Under the pieces are notes generated by a model. It was given only the letters and a program-made list of their open reading frames with translations. It was not told the origin of the DNA and ran no database searches. Of a stretch of DNA of 64,000 nucleotides, positions 1-12,775 are shown piece after piece. The first letter of the stretch is position 1, and each line of letters starts with the position of its first letter. The translations under genes were made by a program, and so were the position numbers. This DNA comes from the human T2T-CHM13v2.0 reference genome, Homo sapiens, in the NCBI RefSeq assembly GCF_009914755.1, contig NC_060940.1. The stretch is one strand, 5' to 3'.

Positions 1-79
1 TTTATGATGAACACAGTGTCAGAAGGAAAATCACAAATCAGAGAATTGAGTGGTGAGCTGAGTTCAAAAGGGTTCAAGA

Positions 80-140
80 CCATGTCAAGGTCTCATAGTG
101 AGCAAGTGGCAGAGTTTGGAGCCACGCGGTTGACTGCTAT
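80..140 (-). mobile_element. MIR fragment
   Basis: caaggtctcatagtgagcaagtggcagagtttgga resembles the antisense MIR core (aaggtcacacagctagtaagtggcagagctggga). Confidence 0.5.
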
Positions 141-1743
141 GATCAGATGTGCTCAACAGTTTTGATGGTGGGTAGAGATTTGGATGGATGGGTGCATGCC
201 TGCATGAAAGTGAGAATAAATTTTAATTCATAATCTAGAAAACAATCAACATCATTCAACATAATGGATGGCATGGCAACACATGGGAAAAAAGATATGT
301 TGTCTAAAAAAGTGCTCTGCTTTTGTTAAAAACATTATTTGGAAAAATAAATAAATAACATATTGCAATAGGGTGGTGAATATTCTCATGTTGGGTTTCC
401 AAATGTCCTTCCCTTAACAAATAGGTCAATTTAAATAGATGATGCAAACAAGGAAGAGCTCTTTCCTTGGAGAAAATGCACAGTATGTCTTCCCCTTATC
501 TAGTTTGGTACAAGGGAAAGTCTGCATGAGGCAGGGACTTGGTTTTGGCTGTGGCCATAAGATGGTGACAAGTACTGAACACTCAGGATCTGTTTTTTTA
601 TCCTGTTCCTGCTGAGTTCCTCCTGTCTTTCCAAAAATTACTCACTATCACCAAGTCTCGGACCCAGGTTTCCTCACTAGTAAAATAAAAAGGCTCATTT
701 GGCGATTTCTGAAATTATAAGTTTAGTCTACCTAGATTCTCTTCTTGTCCAGAAAAAAGCCAAGGGCCATATGAATGAATCCCTTATAAAATTATTTTTG
801 CTTTGAGATGCCCATGACTTCAGCTCTGGCTTCAGAATGTTTCTATTGCTTCATATAATCACATTCAAAGTCATTTTAATTGTTTTTTTTCTTTGCATGC
901 CTACTGTTCTGTGTTCATTTTTCTCTGCACCTAATTTGATGGCAAAGTAAGGCCAGGAATATATAGAAATCCATCCTCTAGCCATTGCATTAATTGATGC
1001 CTGGGAGTAAGGCAATGCTATCTAATGAGACTGAATCAAGTGATTGGTACAAAATGCTGATTTTCAAATACATTTTATCTAACCATTTGAGCTGCCTTGA
1101 AAATTGGCATAATTTAACAGTCTGAGCCTCTAAGATAAGGTAATTCTTGATTCATATTTTTCATTTCACAGGAGAGGGAATGAGAAGGCAAGGTTTGATG
1201 TGAGTGACTTCAGTACCTATTGACTGTAACAGAGTATACTTTTCAAACACACATGAAAAAAATGTAAATTATTAAATTACCTGAAGTGATTCTGAATAAG
1301 TAGACCCACCCTAACATCTACTACAAATGAAGCTTCTCTTTTCTTAAAAAAAAAAAAAAGCCCCTCATAATCAAAGGACTATGAATATTCAGAATAAAAA
1401 TGGGATTAGAAAATTTTGTGATGCTTGTACAATGAGAGGAAAGAAATGAGATTGTTAATTCATTGGGTCACATCATATCCATTCCAGATTCCATGGTTTA
1501 ACACTTCTTCCTCACTACAGAGGATTCATTATGAAGTAAAAGCAATTGTAGAATACATTTTCCTGAATAATGGCAAGAAAACTGCCATATAATTACCGAG
1601 AATTAAAAACGAAAATAATGCGTGTGTGTGTGTTCACATGTGTGAGCACACATTTTGCAATATACGCATAAGAATAAGCATTGATGAGAGGCAGAGTAAA
1701 TGTTATGAACCCTATTTCCATAGAGTAAATCAAGTTATATGAA

Positions 1744-2585
1744 TGTGAACCCCAAATATCTGAGACAGATCTCAATTTAGGAAGTTTATTTTGCCAAAGT
1801 TAAGGACACGCCTGTGACACAGACTTAGGAAATCCCGAGGACATGTGCCTGTGGTGATCAGGGTACAGCTTCTTTTATCCATTTTAGGGAGACATAAGGC
1901 ATCAATCAATATATGTAAGATGTACAATGGTTCAGTCTGGTAAGGCAGGACAACTGGAAGTGGGGCCTTCCAGGTTAGAAGTAGATAAGAGACAAAAGGT
2001 TGCATTATTTTGAGTCCTTGATCAGCCTTCCACTGAATACACGTTTAGTCTGGGTCAGTGAGTTTGCATTTTTACATAAAAAATAGGGCAGAAGGGCCGG
2101 GCGCAGTGGTTCATGCCTGTAATCCTGGCACTTTGGGAGGCCAAGGTGGGCGGATCACCTGAGGTCGGGACTTCGAGACCAGCCTGACCAACATGGAGAA
2201 ACCCCATCTCTATGAAAAATATAAAAATTAGCGGGGCGTGGTGGCACATGCCTGTAATCCCAGCTACTTTGGAGGCTGAGGCAGGAAAATCACTTGAACG
2301 CGGGAAGCGGAGGTTGCGGTGAGCCAAGATTATGCCATTGCACTTCAGCCTGGGCAACGAGCTTAAAAAAAATTATATAAATATATATATATATATATAT
2401 TTGTTTCAGGTGAACCTCAGAAGGATGACTTTGAGTTCTGTCTGTCTTTTATCCACAGGAATTTCCTTGTGGGCAAATTGTGAGGGAGGTAGCTTTGCCC
2501 TAAGCAGTTCCCAGCTTGACTTTTCCCTTTAGATTAGTGATTTGTGGGAAGGGCCGGATGGTTCAAAATTTATTTTCCTTTCTCA
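1744..2585 (-). mobile_element. MER4A-type ERV1 solo LTR, interrupted by an Alu
   Basis: Starts tgtgaaccccaaatatctgagacag and ends tttattttcctttctca, the reverse complements of the MER4A termini. Internal gacaaaaggttgcattattttgagtccttgatcagcc and ggaatttccttgtgggcaaattgtgagggagg match the consensus. About 50 bp is deleted near 2492. Confidence 0.85.
2095..2372 (+). mobile_element. AluSp-like SINE inserted in MER4A
   Basis: ggccgggcgcagtgg start. The segments gtcggga..ttcgagaccagcctgaccaacatggagaaaccc and gttgcggtgag are AluSp-type. Short A tail followed by (AT)n. Confidence 0.92.
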
Positions 2586-3294
2586 ACTCTATAAATTCAG
2601 TGAAAACATGTCCTCTTTCTTTCAAAAATGAAAATCATTATTGTCTGCCTACGTTCCAGCAACTGGGTAGTGCCATAAAATGCTATAAAGTTGATTATGG
2701 CAAGATCTCTATTCAGAGGAACAGAATGATCAAGTAGAAGAGACACACCTGTAAAATATCAGTTCAATATACGGTAGAAGATACTGTGATTATATTTGCC
2801 TCATTTGGAATGTTTTAATATACCCTGACAGTCTAACTAAAATCTAAGTTCACTGCTTCCCAATCTGCTTGCATTTCACTGTTTTCTAAGCTGCCTTTTG
2901 TTGTCCTGCCAGAGCAACCATTTTTCTAGAATGTGAAAAGCTGATTACGTCATCTTCCCAACACTACTTCTGGAAAAACAAATCTGGTTATGGGATTTTC
3001 TGAAACTGTGTACACATTGATGATAAATCACAAACAAATTGTAATTTCGGAGATAAATAACTTTTCCCCTTGCTTTTCAATATTAGAAAATAGTTTTGTG
3101 TAAGTTATTTGATACATTGATATATGAATCAAGCCATTGAGTTTTATCTTCACAAACACAATATTTATGTGATAACATGAAGAGGAGGAAAGCTGATTGC
3201 TCATGAACAAAAAGGTCATAAAATCATGAAAAATGACTATGGGAGAAAATACTATTTTTGATATTTTCAGCTCCTACCTAAAAAGGTGGGTGCG

Positions 3295-3336
<42 letters not shown>
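3295..3336. repeat. (CA)n microsatellite
   Basis: gcacgca followed by a pure CA run to 3330, then (TA)3. Confidence 0.95.
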
Positions 3337-3337
<1 letters not shown>

Positions 3338-4594
3338 TTGTAACCCTATTTTTAGAACTCTAAAGCAAAAACTGTACTAGATTCTCAAAAATAAGGCAAT
3401 CTTTATTCACTGTTACATCAACAGGTATACATTGTAAGAACTATATAAAAATACAGTGTCCAAAACAGAATAACTAGAGCTCAAGAAAGAAAAAAAAAAG
3501 ATGATATATTGAATGAGCCAAGATTTCAAACTGTGCCTAGAGACTCTAAACTCAGCTACATCCCAGCTGGTTTGTGAATTATATGCTAATGGGTCTTACC
3601 CATAATAATAATATATATGTGTCTTCTATTTGATTTATCATTAAGCACCTACATTTAAGTGGAAATGAGTACCTAAATTTTCTCTCTTTATATGCCTCAC
3701 CAATCCTTTTTCTCTTTATTTCAATGATGTTGCTATCTTTTCATCCTACACTAATCGGCTGTACTTATATCTGCTGATGTTCAAGTCACTGCAAAATGCC
3801 TTGCCATTTTGGAAATGCATTAAATTCAAATCAAAATAAAAAAGTTCCTAAGTATCCCAGCAATCACGAAGGAAGAGTCTTTGTGGCTACTTCACCGAGA
3901 GCATGTGGAAGAAAAGGGGCTTATTTTATGCTTGTCACAAAAACTGAAATGGAACGAGAAGAGGATAAAGACAAGCCCCTTATCTTTTCCTCAAGTTTCA
4001 CCAATTTATATGTTATTAAGGGTCCAGACATCAACTATGACCTGTCTTACTTCTGACTTACATGATGTCAGAGAAGAAACAGTTTACAAACATTCCGTTA
4101 CCTTATTCCCTTTCTCTGTATTTTCTCTACTAAATACGCACAATACAAATTCATGTTGAAAGGCATTCTTACCATGATTCTGACTATGAACTCTCACCGC
4201 ACAAATATGCAGTCATTAGTTTATGTTAAACCACACAAAAAATTTAAGGATAATAGAATTTCTCTGTGACAAAAGGGTAAGAATGAGAGGAAAAGGTAAA
4301 TGGATTGTAATTATTTTTCATGGATTGAAGATTATTCGGGGTCACATAAGATTCATCTTCTATTCTAGTAAAGGTTAGAATAGATAAATTCAAACAGGGG
4401 TGTATTTCATTCAGAACGTCCACAATGAAATGAAGATACTTTTTCACGTGAACAGCTTAGTTTAGGCTTAAAAGCTAATATTCTGAGAGGTTTTATAATT
4501 TGAAATGACTATCCAGGAAAGCTGTGGGATTCATTGCTGTAGTGGCATCTGTATTATACAGGCTCCCACCATTCTTAGTCACGTTACATTACAT

Positions 4595-4900
4595 TTTTCA
4601 TTCATCCTTTCTTTCAACGTTTATTTATTGAGCATCTACTATGTGCCAGGACGTGGCAAATAGACTAATATTTATTGATTGATTTAGTTTTCACTGGATC
4701 ACTCAATCACCTTTTCAAATATATTCCATAAGCTCTTGTTTGTCATGTGGCAGTCATTATAGTAGGTAATAGCACACACAAAATCTGTATAAAAAAATAA
4801 AAGTTCTACATTTGATAAATTTAGATATTTATGAAAAAGACAAAACCTGTTTCAATACAGTATAATATGTAATAAAATAGGAATATGTCTATGGTGGTGC
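4595..4900 (-). mobile_element. L2 3' end remnant
   Basis: ttcattcatc...tttatttattgagcatctactatgtgccagg is the antisense L2 3' terminus; extent approximate. Confidence 0.6.
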
Positions 4901-4985
4901 AAAGAATTAACTGTTAGAAGAATCATAGAAAACTTCACAGAAGCGAAGGCACATGAGTTGGATGGTAATGAATAAATAGAAATGT

Positions 4986-5309
<324 letters not shown>

Positions 5310-5367
5310 TCATGTGTAAATGGTTTTGTGTGTTTGAAGATCTATGTGAGTTCCATGAAACTCAGAT

Positions 5368-5584
5368 CAGTAGTTCTCAGTGAGGTGCAATTTTGTGCCC
5401 ATGGGACATTTGGTAATGTCTGGACGCGTTTTTAATTGTAATGACTTGTGGGGCAATATTATAGAAATTTAGTGAGTAGAGGCCAGGGATGCATCCAATC
5501 ATCCTACAATGCACAAGACAGCTCCTTTACCCAACAGCAAAAATGGTTCAGCTCAAAATGTCAGTAGTGATTTAAAGAAAGCTG
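5368..5584 (+). mobile_element. MER20 (hAT-Charlie) DNA transposon
   Basis: cagtagttctca...gggacatttggtaatgtctgga...gtagaggccagggatgc...catcctacaatgcacaagacagc...caaaatgtcagtagtg...agaaagctg follows the MER20 consensus. Confidence 0.9.
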
Positions 5585-8118
5585 GTAGAAGGTCAGTAGG
5601 AAAAGAAGTTAGAAATGAAGTCAGCAAACCCAAATACGGAGCTTTAACATTTTCTTATGTGTGATGGATGGGAAGTGATATCATTTTAGCAGAATAATTA
5701 CATTTTTATATTTATTTCCAGGATAACTCTATAAGCTGAAATATAGAAGATACATTTGTTTTCACTAATATTGAATGCTATATAACTATAATTATACTAT
5801 TAGTCACAATAATTTACATGCAATAGCATGTAGTGGAGATGAAAGTTTAGGAAAGCTCACTACCTCACTCTGTGCAACATATATGAAAAGATTTACATTT
5901 GAAGCAAGATGTAAAGAAATATATATTTCTTTTATGTACCTAGAGCAGTTATTATTTCAATTATTTCAGCTTGAACTTCCCTGCTATTTTTTTCTCCTTA
6001 TCTTTTAAAATATTTTAACTTTTGAAGACTCTGGGTCCTTGACAATTTGTTGGATGAGATCATCACTGATGGTAGTAGAATTTAAGAACATTTGCTCACA
6101 TTATAAATTTCAAACTAGGCTTGTTTGATTAATTTTATTAAGGAATTTCTACCACAATTAAACGCCAAGTATCTGGCATGTAACATATTCAGGTAGACAC
6201 TTAAATTTTATGGAGACAAAAATATGTACATAGGCTTCTCCTGTCAATTTCTAATATTCTGCATTTTAAAAATTTCTTTTACTATGAAATTTGGAAACCC
6301 TCCCTTATTCTTTTGTGTGTTTAAGCAAAATAAGTGTCTGTGACTCTTTTGGAAGATGCTTTACAGATGGACAGGGCTCTGTTTTTGCATTAAATAGAAC
6401 CAAATGCCATGCTTCATTGGTACAGCAACCAGCATTTATGCAAATCTGAAGAGTAGGCAGGTGCAAGAGCAAATTTCTTAATGCCATTTGCTCTGAAAAT
6501 TATATAAATCCTCTAAAGCTATGCTTTTTATAGTAGTTAAAGGATTTTTGTTTGGTATTTTTTAAAAATAACACCTGCTCCAGGCAGAAAAGTGCCCATC
6601 CAGCGGGAAGTGGGTTGCTTTTTGTGGGGAAGGAGTCCCAGCTCTTGTCTCTAAGAAATAATAAGACAATAAATGAAATATATTTTGAAAATGCTGGGGA
6701 GGATGGTTTAGGTAAAAGGAGGAGAGTGAGATGGGAGAGATTTTGCTTTTTGCACTGACAGATGCAGGCAAATGGCAGCAATTCAGCTCAGCCAAAGAGA
6801 TGGCAGAACTCCACGGGACTCCATCTGGGGCCTGTTTCTTTGGCCTGTGAAGCCTGGCAGAGCCTTTCCCTGGTAGGCCTATATTTCCCTTTCTCTTTCC
6901 ACCCTGGCCTAAAATAAGAAGGACTTTGTGTACAATTATCTGATTAACTCTCAAGAGCTAATGACTCTCATTTGTTTGTTTGTTGGTTTTTTTTCTTGAT
7001 GAACTTTCCTTCATCCTTTCAACACACGGCCATAGACTCAACAGTGAGTAATTAAGATCAGAGATTTGTTTATTCTGATTCCTTTCATCAAAGCTGAATT
7101 CTCCCTGACAATATATTTTGGTAACCTCCTTATTTTCAAAGAGAGGTAGATTGTGTTTTAATGTTTTAATGACATGATGTCTCAATATATTTGTCTGCTC
7201 TTGGAGACACTAGTAGTTCACTCATATATTTTTTTTTCCTTTAAGGAGGTCTTACCATGTGTTATCAAGAACTGGTGGGGCTAGAAATGAAAAAACTCAT
7301 TTTTCATCCTAGTTGTGTCATTAACTCCTTTCAGCCACTCAGTCATGTAACTTTTTAAAAATTTTTTTCTGAATATAATGGCATTATGGATATGAAAGCC
7401 ATCTTCCCATTCACCTCCAAGGTTGGTCACCTGTTCTGAGTTTCTGTACTGATGTTCCACTCTCTTAAACATCCCCACGTACATCCCCCTGAAAATTATC
7501 ATACAAAGAAAAGAGTAAAAAGCTTTTTAGAAAGAGGCAGGTTTACTCTTATTTGGTAAAAGATAAACAAGACATAAGCACCAGCTTTATATCCAGTGCT
7601 GTGCTAGGTGTTAGAAATATGATATGAGTAGCATTTAGCCCCTCTCGATAGAAAGCTCAAAATCCTCCTAAGATTTAAATGTAGAAATATATCATGATTA
7701 TAAAATAGTATATATTTATTTGGTATATCAAATAATGGAATAGACACTCTTATGGGTGGTTTTAACTGACATTACTACTTATTAATCTATGGTGTTAAGC
7801 ACATACCTATTCTCTGTGGTCAGTTTCTCTTCATTTTTCCCTTCCAAATACACCCAACACCTTGCTCTCAGTGTCAATGTATTTACTTCCTAAGTTTCTC
7901 CCCTTCAGAGTACATTTGAACTGTTTCCCTCAGCTAACAGCCCTACCTCTTCTCAATGTGGTTTTCCTACAAGCTTTTCTTCTATATACTTTCTTTACTC
8001 TCATTCCTTTGGGGTTATGGGTAGCAACCACCCTGTTGTTACTATCCCCACAGCTCAGGAAGGGACATCCCTGGTATTTCCCATGCATTCCATCTATATC
8101 TTTTAAAATTTTTTTGTT

Positions 8119-8421
8119 GGCTAGGCACAGAGGCTCAGACCTGTAATCTCAGCACTTTGCGAGGCCTAGGCAGGAGAATAGCTTGAGCCTAGGAGTTCCA
8201 GACCAGACTGGGCAATATAGTGAGACCCCTGTCTCTACAGAACATTTTAAAAATTAGCAAAGCATGGTGGCACATGCCTGTAGTCCCTGTAGTCCTAGCT
8301 ACTCAGAAGGCTTAGATGGGAGGATTGCTGAGCCCAGGAGGTGGAGGCTGCAGTGAGCTGAGATAGCACCATTGCACCTCAGCCTGGGCAACAGAGTAAG
8401 ACACTGTCTTAATAATAATAA
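8119..8421 (+). mobile_element. AluJo-like SINE
   Basis: Dimeric Alu with gcttgagcctaggagttcc and ggaggctgcagtgagc, plus an (AAT)n tail. Confidence 0.92.
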
Positions 8422-8617
8422 TTAAACATTTCCATTAATAAACATTCCTAAAATTATAATAAATGAATATATCATTAATTCCTGCTAATTAATGTACAAT
8501 TTAAGTAGAGAGGGGTGCAAAGCTGTCCTTGAAATGAGATTATCGGAAAAGGTGGCATTTCATAGTCATCAATATACAGGAAATCAGAGAACCTCAAGGG
8601 AATAATTAAAAATTTGA

Positions 8618-9012
8618 TGTCTTAAGTCTATTTCCTAGGATAGCAGGTTCATAGTTGGAGGCTTACATATTAAGAGAATTCTCAGGATCAACACTCGTAT
8701 GGGAGTGAAGGCAGTAGGGTTGGTCTGACACGGGGGAATTCAACTGTGATTGAGCTGCAGTAAAAGGCTCACAATAGCTTGGGGAACACTGGGGATGGGT
8801 CGGCCCATCAGAGTTGTCCTGCCTTCAGATGAGGCAGCTAGGCTTCATCATTAAAGGGGCATCTTGGATGAAGCAGCTGTCTTGGAAAAATTCCCCAAAG
8901 AAGACCAACTGACAGCCCTCTGCCATTTACACTTTCAGCTTCCACTGGAGAAAGAGTGCCTTGGTCCAAAAGGGAAGATCTGAGTAGCAGGAACGGCACA
9001 ATACTCACTACA
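8618..9012 (-). mobile_element. LTR16-family (ERVL) solo LTR
   Basis: tgtcttaagtc...gggagtgaaggcagtaggg...cccatcagagttgtcctgc...gagtgccttggtccaaaagggaagatctg...cactaca resembles antisense LTR16C/A. Confidence 0.7.
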
Positions 9013-9102
9013 TTTGGTATGGAAGGACGTCAGGCTGTGTTTGGGGGAGTATTAGAGGAAAAAGGGGAAACATGTTATGAAAAGTCTTGCTAGCAGAGCT
9101 AA

Positions 9103-9182
9103 TGACGTTTAACAAGTTATCTACGCTTTCTGAGACTCATTGTGATGTTTAACAAGTTATCTACACTGTCTGAGACTCATTT
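9103..9182. repeat. 2 x 40-bp tandem duplication in a MIR-like core
   Basis: tgacgtttaacaagttatctacgctttctgagactcattg / tgatgtttaacaagttatctacactgtctgagactcattt. Confidence 0.9.
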
Positions 9183-9325
9183 GATCATAAAAAGCAAGAG
9201 TTGGTTTTATCTCTGAGATTTTTCAGGATTTAACTTTCCTTCAGTGTACCCGGATCCTGTTCTCATGAATGTTAACAAGAAATTAATAATTAGGAAGCCA
9301 AATATGTTTGCCATATCACCTGGTC

Positions 9326-9500
9326 TTTTTTTATTTTATTTACTTATTTATTTTTAGAAACAGGCTCTCTCTGTCACCCAGGCTGGAATGCAGTGGCAGG
9401 ATCCTAGCTCACTGCAGCCTCAAACTCCTGGGCTCAAGTGATCCTTTTGCCTCGGTGTCCCAAAGTGTTGAGATTACAGGCATGAGCCACTATGCCAGCC
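9326..9500 (-). mobile_element. Free Alu monomer (FRAM/FAM-like)
   Basis: A single ~150-bp Alu arm with a T-rich tail; ctggtctt is repeated on both flanks (TSD). Confidence 0.85.
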
Positions 9501-9744
9501 CAACACTGGTCTTATGGAATGAGCCCTCAATTAACCTCTTCAATCAGAGAAAGCAAAAAATGACTTTTATTGAATGCCTACCCTACCCCAGCCACTGTGC
9601 TACTTTCTAATCCGCGTAAGTAGGTTGTATCTGTATTTTGGAGTTATTTATGTCTTATGTACATTATAATTAAAGGTGTACACATTTTCCCATCTGCTGC
9701 TCTGTCAAGGTTAGACCATTGATATTTTACAAGCACTAACATCG

Positions 9745-9860
9745 GGTGAGATTCATATTCTGCTCCTTAGGAGTTATGAGACCTCTGACTGATTCATTAA
9801 GTTAACTCAACCTCGGTTTCTTCATTGGCAAAAATGAAAACTCATTTCCATTTTTCTAAA
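9745..9860 (+). mobile_element. MIR fragment
   Basis: cctcggtttcttcattggcaaaaatg, a MIR core-like motif. Confidence 0.45.
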
Positions 9861-10107
9861 ATCTATAACATATATGAAATGCCCTATAGAGTGCATGGAA
9901 GATAAAATGTACTCAATATTTTATATTATCTCTACTCAATATTTTATATTATCTCTCCCCGCTCTTGTCATATGTTTTCTTCTTACAGTTCCTTTTATGC
10001 CTTCTTTCTTCCCGGATTTCTATTTCCTTCCTGGGGTGCTCCTTGAAAACAGAGTATGTGCATAACATATCTTAATTTTGAAATGGTTAAACAATGCTTA
10101 TGTTTTA

Positions 10108-10291
10108 ACAAGTGCTTTTCTAGGCACAGTCTCTGGGCCACCAATATCAGAGTCATGAGATTTCTTTATAAAATGTAGAATCATAGTCTGTAGTTCAAAA
10201 TATTGGATTCAGAATATCTGAGGTTATACTTATCCATTTTATCAACATTATCAAGTTAGTCTTATACATGTAGAAATCTGGGAATTAGTGA
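10108..10291. mobile_element. MER5-like hAT DNA transposon remnant
   Basis: aaaatgtagaatc...ttcagaatatctgagg...gtcttatacatgtagaaatctgggaattagtg pattern; highly diverged. Confidence 0.45.
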
Positions 10292-12365
10292 TTCAAGAAA
10301 TTCAGGAAAAATGTTTGCTAAAAACACAAATGTGTGATGTGATTGTTCCCAATATTCTTCTCTTAAGAAAATGAGGATGGTCAGAAAAAAAAAGATAAAC
10401 ATATTTATTTTAATATACTAACCATTTTGTATTAATAGTTTAAAGATAAAATAATGAGAGGGCATACTGTAGTTAGATTGGGTTAACTATGTTCTAGGAG
10501 ATGTTAAATTAGGAAAGATGCTGGGTCCAATTAGAGTCCCCAGAGATTCATGCCTCAGTGAGATAATTAGAGAATTAAGGATTTTTTATGCAAAATGTGG
10601 TTATTAATAAGAGATAAAAGTTTCTAAGATCTTTGGCATTATTCTAAATGAACCAGGTTCTTCTGCTACAGAAAGATTCAACATAAATAAGACTCATGAA
10701 CTAGAACTAGAAACTAGAGAATCACGGACATCCATATAATGTAAAAACTTTGATAACAGACTTTTCCATCATCCCCCTTAACCATTTATCTGTTTTGAGG
10801 GTCAAGGAAAAGTTATGTTAAGGTTTCTGAGAAATATGTCTAATGTGTAATTTTTCTGAACTCTTAATCCATTTTGCTTCTGTCTTCTGCTTTTTCAGCT
10901 TTGAGTCTAGAGGAGTTCCAATGAGCATAGTACAATTCCTTTGATACTTCTGTTGATTTCACTCTAAATGTTGATGTTTTATACCTTAGCTTTAATCAAA
11001 AACTGTTTTGTTTCTTAATTTTTACCATGGGGCAGGTCTGGTTCTACCATATCATCATTTGTATATCATCTCTAGAAATATGATTCTACTGCTTTTGGGA
11101 CTGGGTTGCTGTTATTTCCCAACTAAATATGCCCTTATCCTCATCAAAAATAATACACGGACTCTCTTGCTAGTATTCTGTGAAATTTTTAAAGCCTGGA
11201 AATCCCTAGGAACTGAAATTGAGACCAATCTCTGCTAAGCATTGGAAATAAACTATAGATGCTTCTTAGCAAAATGTGTAAACACCAAAAGAATAAAGAA
11301 AAACAAATGAATTTTTGTTGCCAGAATCAGGAATCCTCTCTTTTATGAAATGAGCTAATGACTAATACTTATCTCCAGTTTCCAATAGCTTTGGGTCATT
11401 TATAAAAGTTGAATACACTTATACATACATATGTTTTCATCCAAATGTGGAAGCATTTTCTCCCTAAACTTATGCCTAACCTGGCTTAATTTTTACTTCA
11501 TTAGGTGCATTTTATCTATATGATGCCCTAACTTGACATTCTACTGATTCTTATTTGTATCTTCACTAGCATACAATTTATCTTTCCTCTTTGTCTTATA
11601 TAATTTCTAAGATTTTCTCTATTTACCAGCCTTAATTCTACAGAAATCAACCCAAATCATAGTTAATTACCTAGCATTCAGCCAGAATTGCCCCAGCTCT
11701 CTTAATAATAGGTACTGTAATACCGTGGCTAAATATTCTTCCTATTCATCTGCCAACGTGTGAATTACATAGCAAGATGAACTTAAAAAAAATTCACCTT
11801 TCTACATCATCTATTTTTGTATGCTGAGCACAAAACATGTCTCTGGATTCTGTTATCTAATTGTGTCCTCAAACCTCACAAAGGATTATGCCAAAATCTA
11901 GGCAATAATTTCAGTGTATGGATCATTAAGGTAAGAGACAAGATTTACCTTTGGCATTCGGGAGGACTCTTGAGTGATCGAGATAATGGAAGCAACAAAG
12001 TTAATATAATAGAACGTCATTACAGCATGTTTACAGAATGTCATTTTGGATAATTACGTTTCCCACAGTGTTAGTTTGAGTCAAAGTAGATGTAGAGGTT
12101 GTGTATAGCTTATAAAAGAGGTCACAATTGCATTGAAAAACAAAACAAAACCACTAGAAACAAAGGAAACATAATAGCATCTTTTCAACATATTTCCTGT
12201 TTTTATAAAAGCACTCTTTAAAAATAAGTTATTTTATAAACCAAATATATGATACATCTAGGATTAGTGATTTAAAACATTGTCTAAAGAAAACAGCACA
12301 GCACATAGTTTACTAAAAAACAGAAATGTAAGCAAATGGTGATGCTTCCATTTAGGGCATTCCTT

Positions 12366-12599
12366 GGGGAGCAGGGGTGAAAATGGGGATAGTAATGGAG
12401 ACAGGGTTTAGGGTAGGGGAGTGGATGAGGGTGGGTGTGAAGATGGGGATGGAGGTGGGGATGGGGGGTGAGAATGGGGTTGGAGGAAACGAGGGGGTGG
12501 AGATGGGAATAGGGTGAGGATGGGGTTGAGGTTAGGATTGTGAAGGTGGGGATGCAGATGGAGGTGAGGTTGGGGAGGGGATGGTGTGGGGACAGGAGT
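12366..12599 (+). repeat. G-rich degenerate hexamer tract (GGRGAT/GGGGTG-like) with G-quadruplex potential
   Basis: Numerous G3-G6 runs with short loops; almost no C on the + strand. Confidence 0.85.
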
Positions 12600-12775
12600 A
12601 TATACATAATATGCATATATTATATATAGTATATATAAATATATATGTGAATATATAATAAATATGTATATGTGTGTGTGTATATATATATACACACACA
12701 CACACTCCTGTCCACCCCATCCCCATATGCAACCTCACTTCCATCTGCATCCCCACTTCCACAATCCTAACCTCA
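12527..12775. repeat. Inverted repeat with ~72-bp arms (12527-12599 and 12704-12775) around a TA/TG/CA spacer
   Basis: The right arm reverse complement tgaggttaggattgtggaagtggggatgcagatggaagtgaggttg...ggacaggagt aligns to the left arm tgaggttaggattgtgaaggtggggatgcagatggaggtgaggttg...ggacaggagt. Confidence 0.92.

Noticed and set aside
1155-1205. Acceptor tttttcatttcacag followed 28 nt later by GTGAGT (possible micro-exon)
   Set aside because: Weak exonic donor context, length not a multiple of 3 and no independent support
2055-2357. 100-aa ORF and similar Alu-frame ORFs (9308, 23983, 25281, 42232, 43704, 60874)
   Set aside because: Translations of Alu sequence ([15 protein letters not shown] motifs), not genes
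10862-10900. Strong branch point, polypyrimidine tract and AG
   Set aside because: No convincing donor within normal exon distance; isolated acceptors are common in AT-rich DNA
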